Shown here piece by piece: positions 1 to 10,788 of a stretch of DNA of 64,000 nucleotides (position 1 is its first letter; each line of letters begins with the position of its first letter). The stretch is from Folioceros fuciformis. Lineage: Eukaryota. The stretch covers positions 29,609 to 93,608 of the forward strand of contig JBNGIO010005874.1 of NCBI GenBank assembly GCA_049999805.1, given 5' to 3'. A program made the translations under genes and the position numbers. The notes below the pieces were generated by a model that was given only the letters and a program-made list of their open reading frames with translations, made no database searches and was not told where the DNA came from.

Positions 1-138
1 AGCGTGTTTGGGGATTGGCGGGGGATTTTGCAGATCGATGGAAATTCTGTCGTCTGAGAATGGTTAGGCTTTAGGCGGGGGAGATCGGGAGGGAGGAGCT
101 GTCGGCCGCTGGTTCTGCGGCTGCTGCTGGGAGGAGGC

Positions 139-1974
139 ATGGCGCACGGGTTTCTTGGCCGAGGCAGATGTTCGTACAAATATGCGACTATGGTGGTGTG
201 CGGAGGGAACGTGGTGGCCGCTCTTGTTATGTTGCATTCTCTGCTCAGTCCGGTTTATTTCCATCGCCCGTCCATGCAGGGCTGGACGTTGCAGGAATCG
301 AGTAACGGTATGTGCGCGGGTGCATGCAGACGCATGCACGGGGGGATTGGTTAGGTTGGAAGTGTGGAGGTGGAATTTGGATGCTTGGTCAGTGTTTTTG
401 ATGCTTGGCGGGCTAGGGTTGGTTGTACAGTTTCTGGTGAGAGTAATTTGAGTTTGGATTGTGCTGGAGTGGTGTGTCGCGAAAGGCGGCTGTATTCGAT
501 TTGGTAGGTTTTTTTCTGAGCGTTTGACGAATGTTTTGCTTGTCGATATGCAGTTTTGCAAGCTGAAGTTGAAGAGAAAGAGATCAGAGAACTTCATGCA
601 GCGCGATTGAAAGCAGTTCCCCATGCCCTTATAGAAAGGGTATAGTACTACATGCTGCCGATGACTTCAATGTGGCCGACTTTTGCTTGCCTGGCGCCCG
701 TTTATTAATTTCGAGGGGTGCAGGTCACGTGTGGTGTCTACTGTCACGTGGTCTCTTAGTAGAGGTGTGCAGTTCACGTGATCTCCTCACTATTGCGTCT
801 TCCGATCTGTACCAGGTCAAGGAGATAAAAGCTGAGTCTGACGACGAGGCTGCGCGCCTCAGCGAGGCAGGTTACGCCAGACTGAAGGTGGCCAGTGAAC
901 TTGCAGAAAGGCTTAAAGCGCTAAGGGATTCCAACAATCAGACCAGCCAGCAAGGTTGGTTCCTTCAGCCTGTCCTCTCCAATTCCTTTTCAGGGTCTCT
1001 GCTGGGTGGATGATCGTTGACTGAACCCTAAGCACCTTTGCTGTTTTCTCTGTAGCTCTCGAACTTTGGCGAAAAAAGGCTCATCAACGGGCCGAAGAGA
1101 GAGCTAGGATTGGCAGTTCAGGTGTGGCCCAGAACTTGCTGCGGTGTGACTGATTGGCAATGCATCGAAAGATTTGCACCTGGGACTGCAGGCTCTCGGA
1201 CTGTTTCAGTCATTGCTTCATTCTTTTGGACCGTCTACAGACACTTTGGCGTTGCAGTAGTAGCAACTGAAGGGCTGTGGGCTACATGTTTGCAAATCTG
1301 TGAATGGGGGTCACCTGAGCAGAGGCTGTGAGGAAAGTGGAAGTCGGCTGGGATCCAGTGCTCGGAGCTATTCTGCAGGACGCCGAAGACGAGAGTACCC
1401 AACTCAAACAGAAGGATGTGGATATGGGTAGACGCCTACACCTCTTCTTCTTCTGTGCTGGTGTGTCATGTCCACCATAAACTGACGCTGCGGCCTGGCC
1501 ATCTGCAGGGGGGTCCTATGAGACCGGCAAGCCCTTTGCAAGAGGATGTAATCCTGAATTCCACACAGATTATGACGGCGTAGCTGTGACATGGGGAATC
1601 ACACATCCGACAGACACCGCAGCCGATTGCTGTCAAGCATGTCATGATCAGGCAAGAAATGCCAAGGACGGTGAACTGAAATGCAACATATGGGTGTATT
1701 GCCCTTCAGAGGAGGGTTGTTTTTCCCCAGATAAATACGAACACAAACATCATGAATGTTGGTTGAAGCAGGTTGGTGCCGTCGTTCAGACTTTCTTTCC
1801 ATATTCCCGATGACACAGATTCCAATATTGTGTATTGACCCAGACGGCTGTTGTGTTCTGTAGGCGTTGGAACCGAAGCTGAATTTCAAAGGCACGTACA
1901 GCGAGGAATACCGTTCATCTCACCCGAAAGCTCCGACTGTCGTGCCTTGGGTATCGGGGGTCATCAGCGAGTAG
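139..1974 (+). CDS. Multi-exon conserved plant protein with an N-terminal membrane anchor and a C-terminal Cys-rich PAN/Apple-like domain (At4g33380-like)
   Basis: Exon pieces: MAHGFLGRGRCSYKYATMVVCGGNVVAALVMLHSL (hydrophobic); coiled-coil LKVASELAERLKAL; HTDYDGVAVTWG..AADCCQAC..CNIWVYCPSEEGCFSPDKYEHKHHECWLKQ; last exon from 1864 ...APTVVPWVSGVISE* with TAG at 1972-1974; GT-AG boundaries. Confidence 0.75.
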
Positions 1975-2200
1975 GGACATTCTTTGGCCGGCTTCTGGAT
2001 TTTGAGACAGCCATTTCTTGTCCTCATCATCCCGTTATTGAGCGTCTCCTAACTATGAACCTATAATCAGCTTAACCCAGCCGAGGACTCATTTGGGTGC
2101 ACACACCTGGCCGCACTTCGAACCTGAGGCTATAATGATCTTTACGGTTTCTCTGCCTAGCTGTATGATCGGTTAGTACGACCCGATTGCTTCGTCCTGC

Positions 2201-3217
2201 CTATAATCGACGGGAGGGCCAATATGCATGAATCTGGTAACCTGTCTTCCAATTGTCCAGAAACATGACAGCCCGGACGGCCCAGAAGCAGAGAGTCATT
2301 CCAACTACCATAAGAGTCCGCTGCACCATCCTGGACTTGATGCGCACGGCGAAATGGCTCACCGCAGCCACGGTGACCCCGACCAGACTGTAGAGGAATC
2401 CGACCACAAAGCCCTCAGCTCCAAGCTGCATGCCCGACTGCTGGTAGAAGAAGAGCAGCTTCCCGGGATTGTTCCGATCCGGCATAAAAAGCGGCATCCC
2501 GCGGATGATGTTGAACATGCCACCGGAGACGCTGAAGAAGTAGATCAAGAGCGCGCCTCCGCACCATACCTCCCGCTCATGCAGCGGCGAGTTCGGCGCC
2601 ATGAGCATCTTAGCCACGAAGGGAGCCGCAACCAGCAATCCTCCAGCCAGAACAATCATCTGCTGCCGCGACACCAGCGGCGGCCGCAGAATCTGCCCTA
2701 CCTTGAACCCGGTACGCGCCTCCACGAACTCCGCGATGCCCTCTGCTGCCCGGGACATGTCCCCCGGCTCTGCGGCACGGCTTTGCTTCAGCTCCACCTT
2801 GCCCGGGGGCAGGTACCGGATACTCGGCAGCGAGTGCACTCCGAACAAGGCAAAGCTCCCGGGACTCTGCTTGAACTCCATGTCCACGAAGAAAACCTTG
2901 GTAGCCGGCGGCTGGTCCTGGTTGTGCTTGGCATAGGATGTTGCGACCAGACCGAACTCCCGCCTCAGTTCCTCCAGCTTGAGCTCCGTCTTGTCCCGCA
3001 GCTGCATCGCATCGAAGAAGAAGATGAGCGAGTACGGCCGGCCCTCAGGCTGCATTGCAAACCTCCGCAGGCCGCCATCGTCCAGCCGGATGACGCCGCC
3101 CGCCGCCTGCTCCTGCTGCAGAAGCAGCTCCGCAATGCGATCGTCATTGCTCTCGGCCGCGGCCCACGCCGGAGCCGCCAGCAGCACGCACACCACAGCC
3201 AACACCGTCTTCCACAT
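2201..3217 (-). CDS. OST3/6: Oligosaccharyltransferase subunit OST3/6 (intronless)
   Basis: 338-aa ORF: signal peptide, thioredoxin-like lumenal domain (RPYSLIFFFDA, VFFVDMEF), four TM helices with YFFSVSGGMFNIIRGMP and QQSGMQLGAEGFVVGFLY, C-terminal LDNWKTGYQIHAYWP. Confidence 0.93.
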   Translation of the reverse strand: MWKTVLAVVCVLLAAPAWAAAESNDDRIAELLLQQEQAAGGVIRLDDGGLRRFAMQPEGRPYSLIFFFDAMQLRDKTELKLEELRREFGLVATSYAKHNQDQPPATKVFFVDMEFKQSPGSFALFGVHSLPSIRYLPPGKVELKQSRAAEPGDMSRAAEGIAEFVEARTGFKVGQILRPPLVSRQQMIVLAGGLLVAAPFVAKMLMAPNSPLHEREVWCGGALLIYFFSVSGGMFNIIRGMPLFMPDRNNPGKLLFFYQQSGMQLGAEGFVVGFLYSLVGVTVAAVSHFAVRIKSRMVQRTLMVVGMTLCFWAVRAVMFLDNWKTGYQIHAYWPSRRL

Positions 3218-3511
3218 CTTTCCCTTCCCTTCCCTTCCCTTACTCTCCCCGGTTAGCCGCTTCTTCCTGTGACATATACCCTGATGTCTGTCTGCACGGT
3301 TACTCCAGCTTTTCCAAAAGGAGTCACTTTGACGGACATGGAGTCAAGCCCCCGCTCCGTGTCAATTGGTCTAGGATACTCCAGATTCCAATTGTGAAAG
3401 GAAAGAAAAAAGACAAAGAAAGTAAAAGTAAGAAAATGAATTGTAATTTATTCTCGCCATATCGACTGCGGTTTCGTAATTTTAAGACTGGGCTAGGGCT
3501 TTCGTAAAGGT

Positions 3512-4674
3512 TGTCCAAGATTGTGGTATCTTACTATGCTGCTACCCATGACTTGGAGTGCTTGACTTAGTGTGGTCTAGGAGGCCTATTGCTAGTGTTT
3601 GATGTGTTGTTGCTTCTCACTACAAAGGGTGTTATTTCAATCTTATAAGCTATCCCTCTTCTCCAAGGAAGATAGCAATAGATAGATGCAACAACAACAT
3701 GTATTGAGAAACAACAACAACATCATACAATAGCACAATGCTTGAAAGAAGCCCTAAAGAGAGTCAACAAAACTGAATGAGAAATGAGAGAGAGCATCTG
3801 TTTTCCTAAGCTAGGAGCTAAACTCTATACTCTCTATCCTCTCCTTAATAACTCTCTTCTAACACACTCACACTATGTTAGCACTTGGCTTTCAGAGGTT
3901 GCAGGGACCCTATTCCTCTTTATCCTCCTCTTAAGATATGAGAAGCTTGTGAGGACCCATGTTCTCTTCTCAACTTAGGAGTGTAGGATGACAAGTGTTG
4001 TATTCTCTACCAGATATGCACTCACTCTGAGCTCTCAAAAACACTCTGAGCTCTAAAACACGCTTTGGGCTCTCAAACACACTTTGGGCTCTCAAACATA
4101 CTCTGAGCTCTCAAACAAACTATGAGCTCTTAAAAACACTCTGAGCTCTAAAACACACTTTGGGCTCTCAAACACACTTTGGGCTTTCAAACACACTCTG
4201 AGCTCTCAAATTCTGTAGGTACCCTAGTTCTTTTAAACACTCTAGTCCTGTAAACACCCTAGTCCTGTCCTCACAAGACCATGGCTCAAGTGCTAGCCTC
4301 AATTTCAAGAGTCTAGTACTCTATAGGCCAAGATCCTCTATCATAGACTGGGCTTAGCCTCATGTGTTTTATAAGGAGGCTTACATCACTCTCAAAACGT
4401 AATTGCCTTAAACATGTTATCTTTCTTCTTAAGTCCTAGATTTCCCTAGTTAACTTACCAAACTAGATACAGGATAAGGTGTCTTCCATGCATGTTGTTG
4501 CATCCCTCTCATGGATGGCTCCTCTTCATCTAACCTCACCTCCACTATTCAGAGCTTGTAATTAGCCATTAGCATGTTAACCTAGTATGTTAGAGATCCA
4601 ATTTTGCATTCCTATCATGCATAGATCCTTACTAATCTAACCATTAGACTCCTTAATTTAATAATCTGATGACA
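3512..4674. mobile_element. AT-rich LTR-like remnant (candidate solo LTR)
   Basis: Non-coding AT-rich ~1.16-kb block bounded by TGTC...GACA with an internal minisatellite; no target-site duplication, PBS or PPT was found. Confidence 0.4.
4019..4210. repeat. Minisatellite of ~19-20-bp units (cactctgagctctcaaaca / cactttgggctctcaaaca), about 10 copies
   Basis: Directly visible tandem copies of two interleaved variants. Confidence 0.9.
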
Positions 4675-4860
4675 AGAAAAAGAATGTTGCCGAACAAAAA
4701 TAAACAGCAGAAGAGTGCTAACAGGAGTGCGGATTCTTAGCATGCCTTCGCATTATGTTTTAACTTTGTCTAGTCTTCACGGGAGACATCTCGTCGAGGG
4801 TGTAATGTTTACCATAACGTTTTTGGATTCGGGAAACAGAGAAGTGTTGGTTACAGTTAG

Positions 4861-5754
4861 TCATCTACACAACAAAACGCTCTCCATTTCTTGTGCAACC
4901 CGCATTCCGGCTTCCTCGACAGCGAGGGAGGCACGGGAGGATGGAAACCTGGCGGGGTTGGACCAGTTGAGATGGATGAAGCGCACTTTGGACTTATCGT
5001 CCTCCGGGAGAGAGACGACGAAGCGGGCCATGGAAGAAGAAATCGTGGGGTGCGGGATGTCGCTCCTATCCCGCCCCGGAAGCTCGCCTTGGTCGAAGAA
5101 CGTCCCGTCCAGGTACGCCACATCCACCTGCCGGATCTCATCTTCAACCCGCACGCCTTGCTGGTCCCAGTCATTCCATCGGTCGATATCCGGGATGAAG
5201 AGCGCGCGCCGGCTGGGGCCTTCGACGCGGAAACCAACCACCTCTGAGAACTCCTGCCGGTGGGGCACCAGGAGCGGCGTCACGCGCAGCCGGGGACTGA
5301 GCTCCACGCTCTGCCTGTCCGCCATTTCCCGGATCTCGATGTTGCGCAAGGCCACCAGCTGGCTCCAAGGCCCGTTGGTCGCCAGGAAGCTTGCCATGCG
5401 CGGCATGGCGTAGACTGGGACGGAGGAGGTGTCCATGGCCTCCCGACCTAGGAACATGAGCCCGGTGTAGTGCCCGATGTGCGCGTGGGTGAGCAGGATT
5501 CCGGATAGGGGAAGGTGTTCGGTGCGGAAGATGGTGGAGAATCGGTGCAGTTGGTCGCGGAAATCCGGCGTTGCGTCCAGCAGGAACCGCTTGCCCGCGA
5601 TCCGGTCCACCAGACCGATGCATGTCGCGGTGCGCCGGAGGGTCGGGTCGGCCCATCCTGGATCGTCGTCGTGGCCTGCTTGAGGCGCGCCCCCGTCTTG
5701 TCCAGTCCCGAGCACCACCAGCTCCACCGCACCTGCGGTGTCGGAGTCCGCCAT
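4861..5754 (-). CDS. Bacterial-type PqqB-like MBL-fold metallo-hydrolase (intronless)
   Basis: 297-aa ORF with LVVLGTGQDGGAPQ, LLDATPDFRDQL, GILLTHAHIGHYTGL, NGPWSQLV, VPHRQEFSEVVGF, LFIPDIDRW, LDGTFF, IPHP and FIHLNWSNP, the motif series of the bacterial PqqB-like/Lactamase_B_2 family. Confidence 0.88.
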   Translation of the reverse strand: MADSDTAGAVELVVLGTGQDGGAPQAGHDDDPGWADPTLRRTATCIGLVDRIAGKRFLLDATPDFRDQLHRFSTIFRTEHLPLSGILLTHAHIGHYTGLMFLGREAMDTSSVPVYAMPRMASFLATNGPWSQLVALRNIEIREMADRQSVELSPRLRVTPLLVPHRQEFSEVVGFRVEGPSRRALFIPDIDRWNDWDQQGVRVEDEIRQVDVAYLDGTFFDQGELPGRDRSDIPHPTISSSMARFVVSLPEDDKSKVRFIHLNWSNPARFPSSRASLAVEEAGMRVAQEMESVLLCR

Positions 5755-5859
5755 GGCTCACGCAAAGAGAGCTAGCTGCTTTGAGCTCGGCTATGGGACG
5801 AGAAGGTGGTACACATCTTAAGTCATTCACTAATACGTATATTTAATACTGGAACTCAA

Positions 5860-6957
5860 TCAAGCCCCGCTTTCAGCCATGCGTTTGGAGACGGCCTTGG
5901 CAGCCTCCTTCGTCTCTCTGCTGATGATGCGGAGTTGGGTCAGGAGCTTGAGCCTTTGAGGATTGTTCTTCTGCCGTTCCACGTCCAGGATCATCCTGTT
6001 CAGAAGGGTGAAGAAGTAGCTGTCAGGACCTAGGTACTCGACCTGGCTTTTCATCGTTGCCACTCGATCGGAGGGAGTTTTGTCTCTCATCAGCTGCACA
6101 GGCACGGGGAGATTTAGTGTTGGAACAACAAGATGAAGGTTTTGATTCTAAATTTGTCTGGAGAAGCTTGCCTGATTCAGCAGCCGGATCTCTGGCCGGA
6201 GGGTCCTCTCCCTCTCCGACATGGCGACTTGGAGGGTGGTTTCGATTTGGTTCATCACCTGGAGGTTACCTTCCTTCTTGGCCTTCCTACCAATGCAGCA
6301 AGTGTTAGGTCAGATGTGAGGAACGTGGGAGAAGACGGCAGCTTTGGATGTGGACGGCCAGACAGAAAGAAGGAAACGTGTAGTACCAGCTCCAGGTAAG
6401 TCGAAGCCACCATGAAGAAATCCTCAGTCAAGAACTCCACGTACTTTTGAGCTGCCTGCTCCTTGTCCTCGGCTTTGAGGAGTTCAGCCAAAACCTCTGT
6501 GGCGTGAAGCTGGAGCTGCCTCATTTCGGTGACCTTCTCTGCAAGCCAAGGAAGAGCCGGCGCATCTGAGCAGCACTGGACATGAATTTTGATGCGGAGA
6601 GAGGAAGAAGAGAAAGCTCACGGTTTCCTGACCTTTGTCTGACGCCTGGCACACAACTTGCGCTGTCCTTGCTCTCCGATAACAGAGATGGTTATCTCGC
6701 AGCAGTCTGGCCCTTCCACTTGCACCGATTCCGCCTCCCCGAGATCCTGAAACGGGTTGCAGCAAGAACGGACGTGTGTGAGAACCGACGGCGTGGAATC
6801 CATCGCGCCACGCACACCGGATAGCCAGCGAGACAGCCGAGCGTGTGAGCCTACCTGAGAGACTGAATGAGGCGGAGGAGGTGGAGGAACATGAGCGGAG
6901 CACCGCCATAGCCGAAGGCGGTACGGACACTACGGCGAGCGCCATTTCCACGACCAT
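5860..6957 (-). CDS. Probable plastid-targeted protein of unknown function (about 4 exons)
   Basis: Ser/Arg/Ala-rich transit-peptide-like exon ending VVCQA; helical exons EFLTEDFFMVASTYLEL, AKKEGNLQVMNQIETTLQVAMSERERTLRPEIRLLNQ (followed by a GC donor) and LMRDKTPSDR...RMAESGA*. Confidence 0.7.
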
Positions 6958-7019
6958 GGTGTAAAACCCTGCCGGAAAGCACAAGCGAAGGCAGAGAGAG
7001 TGGTTTTGAGTTGGCAAGG

Positions 7020-8573
7020 ATGCAGGCCAGAGGACCGCTCTTTGATGCGCACTGCCACCTTCAGGATGCTCGAATCGCTCACTGTACTCCCCGCCTGCTG
7101 CAGTCTGCCAAGGAGGCAGGGGTGCAATGGTTTGCTGTCAACGGAACGTCGCAGGTTTGTGACCCCCATCAAGCCCTACTATGCTGACGCATGTGATTCT
7201 GCCCCTGCTCCTGCGAGAGCGGGTTTTGACGTGATGTGGCTGTGAGCAGGAAGACTGGGAGGACGTGAAGGAGCTTGGTGAGAAGCACTCGTCCGTGATT
7301 CCATGCTTCGGTCTCCATCCTTGGTATATCTGGTTGAAGAAGGATTACATTGCAGATCGGTTGACAAATTATGTTCCCGTCTGCATGACGTGAGGTTCGC
7401 ACGTCCACGATGCCGTTCTGATCATCCTCCTGCTGGGAGCAGGTACTTGGAGAAGCGTTCTCCAGATTGGTTGTCCAGTTTGAGAGCCATGCTTGAGGCT
7501 GTCCCGACGGCTGCCTTGGGAGAGGTACCCTTTCTACACAGGCTCACCCTGACCAGGGCTTTGCCTTCCTGCAAGCTTGCAGCGCTTTGGTACTTCGGTG
7601 TGGTACTACCATGTTTCGCACCGGTCTGTCTGACTGTGAGCTTGCATGGCAGGCGGGGCTTGACAGGAGCCCTCGTGGCCGTGCTTCGGATGGTGCAACA
7701 CAGGTCTGGTTTACATCACTCTGTTCTGTCCTTCCCAGGCGACTCCGAGGTTGCATTTCCCAAGCTCAGTCTTCAGACTGAGCTCTGAGCTTGTATACCC
7801 GGGCACCCAACAGGCAGAGATTTTGAAGCAGCAACTCGAGCTAGCCAGGGAGCTCGATCGACCGGCTGCAATCCACTGCGTCCGAGCTTTTGGAGCTCTT
7901 CAAGATGTTCTTCGGTAAGCTCCACATCTTACCATCCATACGTTTCATCCTCCTCCGACCTACCTCCAGTCAGTACTGATCCCATCACCTCCATGGCTGG
8001 CAGAGACCTGGGTCCCTTTCCTCCTGGTCTCATCCTCCATTCATACAGTGGCTCCGCGGAGATGGTCCGCGCTCTCTCCAATCACAACACATACTTCTCC
8101 TTCTCCGGCTTCATCACTGACATGAAACCCAACAAGGCTAAGAACATCCTGAAAGCGGTACGACACATCACTCCACCACTTTCATCACCTACCTACACTC
8201 ACTTCCTCACTCCCCTCACCTGGCAGGTACCCTGGGACAGGCTCCTGCTAGAGACAGACTCTCCAGACGCACTGCCCAACGTGGACCCCGACTCATTGTC
8301 ACCCATTCCAGAGGTCCCTGCCCACACCAACACAGCCATGAAGGCTCTGAACCATCCTTCAAACATCCGATCTGTGAGCATTGTCAACACAAACTCTTCA
8401 CCCTCATCCAGTCCCCACAACAAGGCATCAACAGCACTCATTGTTTGCCTATTCTGCAGGTTCTTTCCATCGTCTCTTCTCACCTGGGAAGAACCGAAGA
8501 AGAAGTCGGTGCTGTCACTTACCAGAATGCCGTTCGTCTCTTCTCCTTCCCTGGCTCCAAGCTGCTCTCGTAA
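7020..8573 (+). CDS. TatD-related DNase (multi-exon)
   Basis: ATG at 7020 gives MQARGPLFDAHCHLQDAR (HxH motif); later exons IPCFGLHPW, AALGE, IHCVRAFG, ILHSYSGS, YFSFSG, DRLLLETDSPD, NHPSNI, TYQNAVRLF; TAA at 8571-8573. Confidence 0.92.
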
Positions 8574-10788
8574 GCTCGTACCCTCTGAACAGGGCAGATT
8601 GTACCACTCAAATGGCAGGCAGCAGACAGCAGGCGGAATCCAGCCTGGAGCCTGATTGCCAGATTGGTAGGTCCCATTGCATCAGGCAGAAACCTGTCGA
8701 TAGTACGTCCCGCGCGAAGTGGCTGGCCACGGGACGGGCCCAGGGAGTCGTCATCGATTATGCTGCACAGCCATCATCATCGCCAGGCCATCATATTCCG
8801 CCTCTGTATTTACCATTTCATAATTCGAACTCCTCTGTATTAAAAGCTCCCATTAAACCGCGGCTAACTGACCTCCGCGGTTAGCCTAACCACGGTCACA
8901 GGCTTCGGATTCGCAGATGGCGACCGTTTCCTGGATGTCATTCAAGGCGAACGACTTCCAATCCTCGACGGTCAGCATTCGGATTCGTGCAATCGTTCCC
9001 CCCAGTTCATTCAATTTTCGCTCCGTTCGGGTCGTGAGACATTAACAGATCTGCCATATCCGCATGCGCAAGTCCCTAAGCCGCAGGCTACAGCAATGGC
9101 AAAAATGGTACTGGTTGTCACCATATGCGATTCGCGAGATCCGTCCGCATTCCGGATGCACTCGCACGGATCATCCGCAGCTTGGCAGGCTCGCGAATTG
9201 CTGTGGACAGTTGCGCCTTGACGTTTCCTCTCAAGGTGGGTGGGTAGCTTTGCAGAAGCCGGGCCATGGCGGGGGGATCACAGACTCTCGTGAGGACAGG
9301 AGACTGTGAAATGCACAACTCCTGCTGGTCTGGATCTCGCATTCCAGTTGGAGAAGCGGAGCTTCATGTTTGCATCTGCAGTTTGCTAGCGGCCTTGTCT
9401 ATTCCTCTTCTGACTTTGTCTGCCTGGAAGAGAGCGTGATCTGGCACGCTGCCGACAGTCCTGGGGTGTCCTTGCTCTGCTTGGTTTTGGGTGCCAGCTG
9501 CTGTTTTCTGGTCCCGCGCTTCCGGCCTAGGGCTGGTCAGTAGGCAGTGAGTGTGTCACGCCGCTCTCTCAGTTGGTGAACGGCGTGCGGAACATCTGCT
9601 ATCAGGCTAGCGTCGGATAGGTACTGTACATCCCGGGAAACCTGGCAGCGGGCAGTGTGGCGATGCCCGGGCTTGCCGTGACTCTGCCCGACTGCAGCAG
9701 CTGCCTGGAGAATTCTCGGACGGCAGGATAGCAAGGTAGGCTGGAGTCCTAGAGGTGCCTCGTTAGTCTCTCTCCGGCTCTCCGTCTCCTTGCTTTTCAC
9801 GCCAGAGTGCCAGATTGCAACGAATTTCTTCGGTTTCTGTGAGCTCATCTGGCCTTAGGAATGTGTCCTCTTCTCGGTGCTCTTGCTGCTGCCGCTGGAC
9901 CTGCTGGGCTGCTACCTTCTGGTCTCATGAATACAAAAGCGAGGTTTCAGGCTTGACGAGCAGCGGCCACCTCTGTGGTGCCGTCACCGGTCTACCTCGG
10001 CGGAAGTACCTGACCTTGTGGGGCCTGCCTTGTTGCATCGGATTGCAGCACTCTTTTGTCTTATTCAACTCACCTTCCTCCGGCCACCTCTGTCGTCCAC
10101 ATTCTCTCTCCCAGCCTTTTTGAATCAGTCGCTGTTCTCACCACTGCCCGACAGCAGATATTCTGCCCCTGTTTCCCAATCTCCCTGCCGTCCCTCCTCG
10201 TATGCTTTTCATCGACGCTGTATGCGTGACAAGTGCTTGCTCCGTGCCATACCTGTAGCTGCTCCTTGGTCTTTTTGCTTTTGTAGAAGGAGGCTGCAGG
10301 GACCAGTCGTGGAATTGGTACAGCTTCTCTGCCTCCTCCCGGGGCTCGAATTTGCTGTTCATGTTGTGGGCTACTTCTATCAGGCGCTGGGGTGGGTGGG
10401 CAGAGCTCGTACTGCAGCAGGGGGCTGTGTAGGAACAGTTGTCTCAGAAGTGGTCCCACCGGGGTCGCTAATGGCTGCCACTGCGAGCCTCCCCGGAAAG
10501 CGAAGAGGGCTGCAGCTCCGTGTTCGCTTCTTCTAGGTGAGACTAGCAGCTGAGCAAATGCGGGGCTGGAATAGCAGAAGAAAAATTCTTGCTCTTGCAT
10601 CTCGCATGATTTTTGTGCTGTGTTGTGTCTGGCATCCGGGATCGCAGCTTTGTGTTGAAGCCTGGGCCAGTGAAGTGGGTGAGTAGATTGCGCTGTGTCG
10701 TGAAGTAGTGGGTTAAGTGCGTGTTTGGTGACACGAAAGCTCTCGCCATGCGCAGGGAGTTGGTGTGGGTTTAGATCAGCTTGAGACC

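Noticed and set aside
2228-3256. 342-aa antisense ORF over OST3/6
   Set aside because: Shadow frame of a GC-rich coding strand; His/Gln/Arg-biased with no motifs.
4019-4210. Short repeats resembling a CRISPR array
   Set aside because: Head-to-tail units with no unique spacers, no cas genes, eukaryotic context. The same applies to 19518-19684 and 61388-61497.
4715-5830. Overlapping alternative ORFs around the PqqB-like gene, and the idea of a pqq operon
   Set aside because: GC-rich shadow frames; no pqqA/C/D/E-like sequence was seen.
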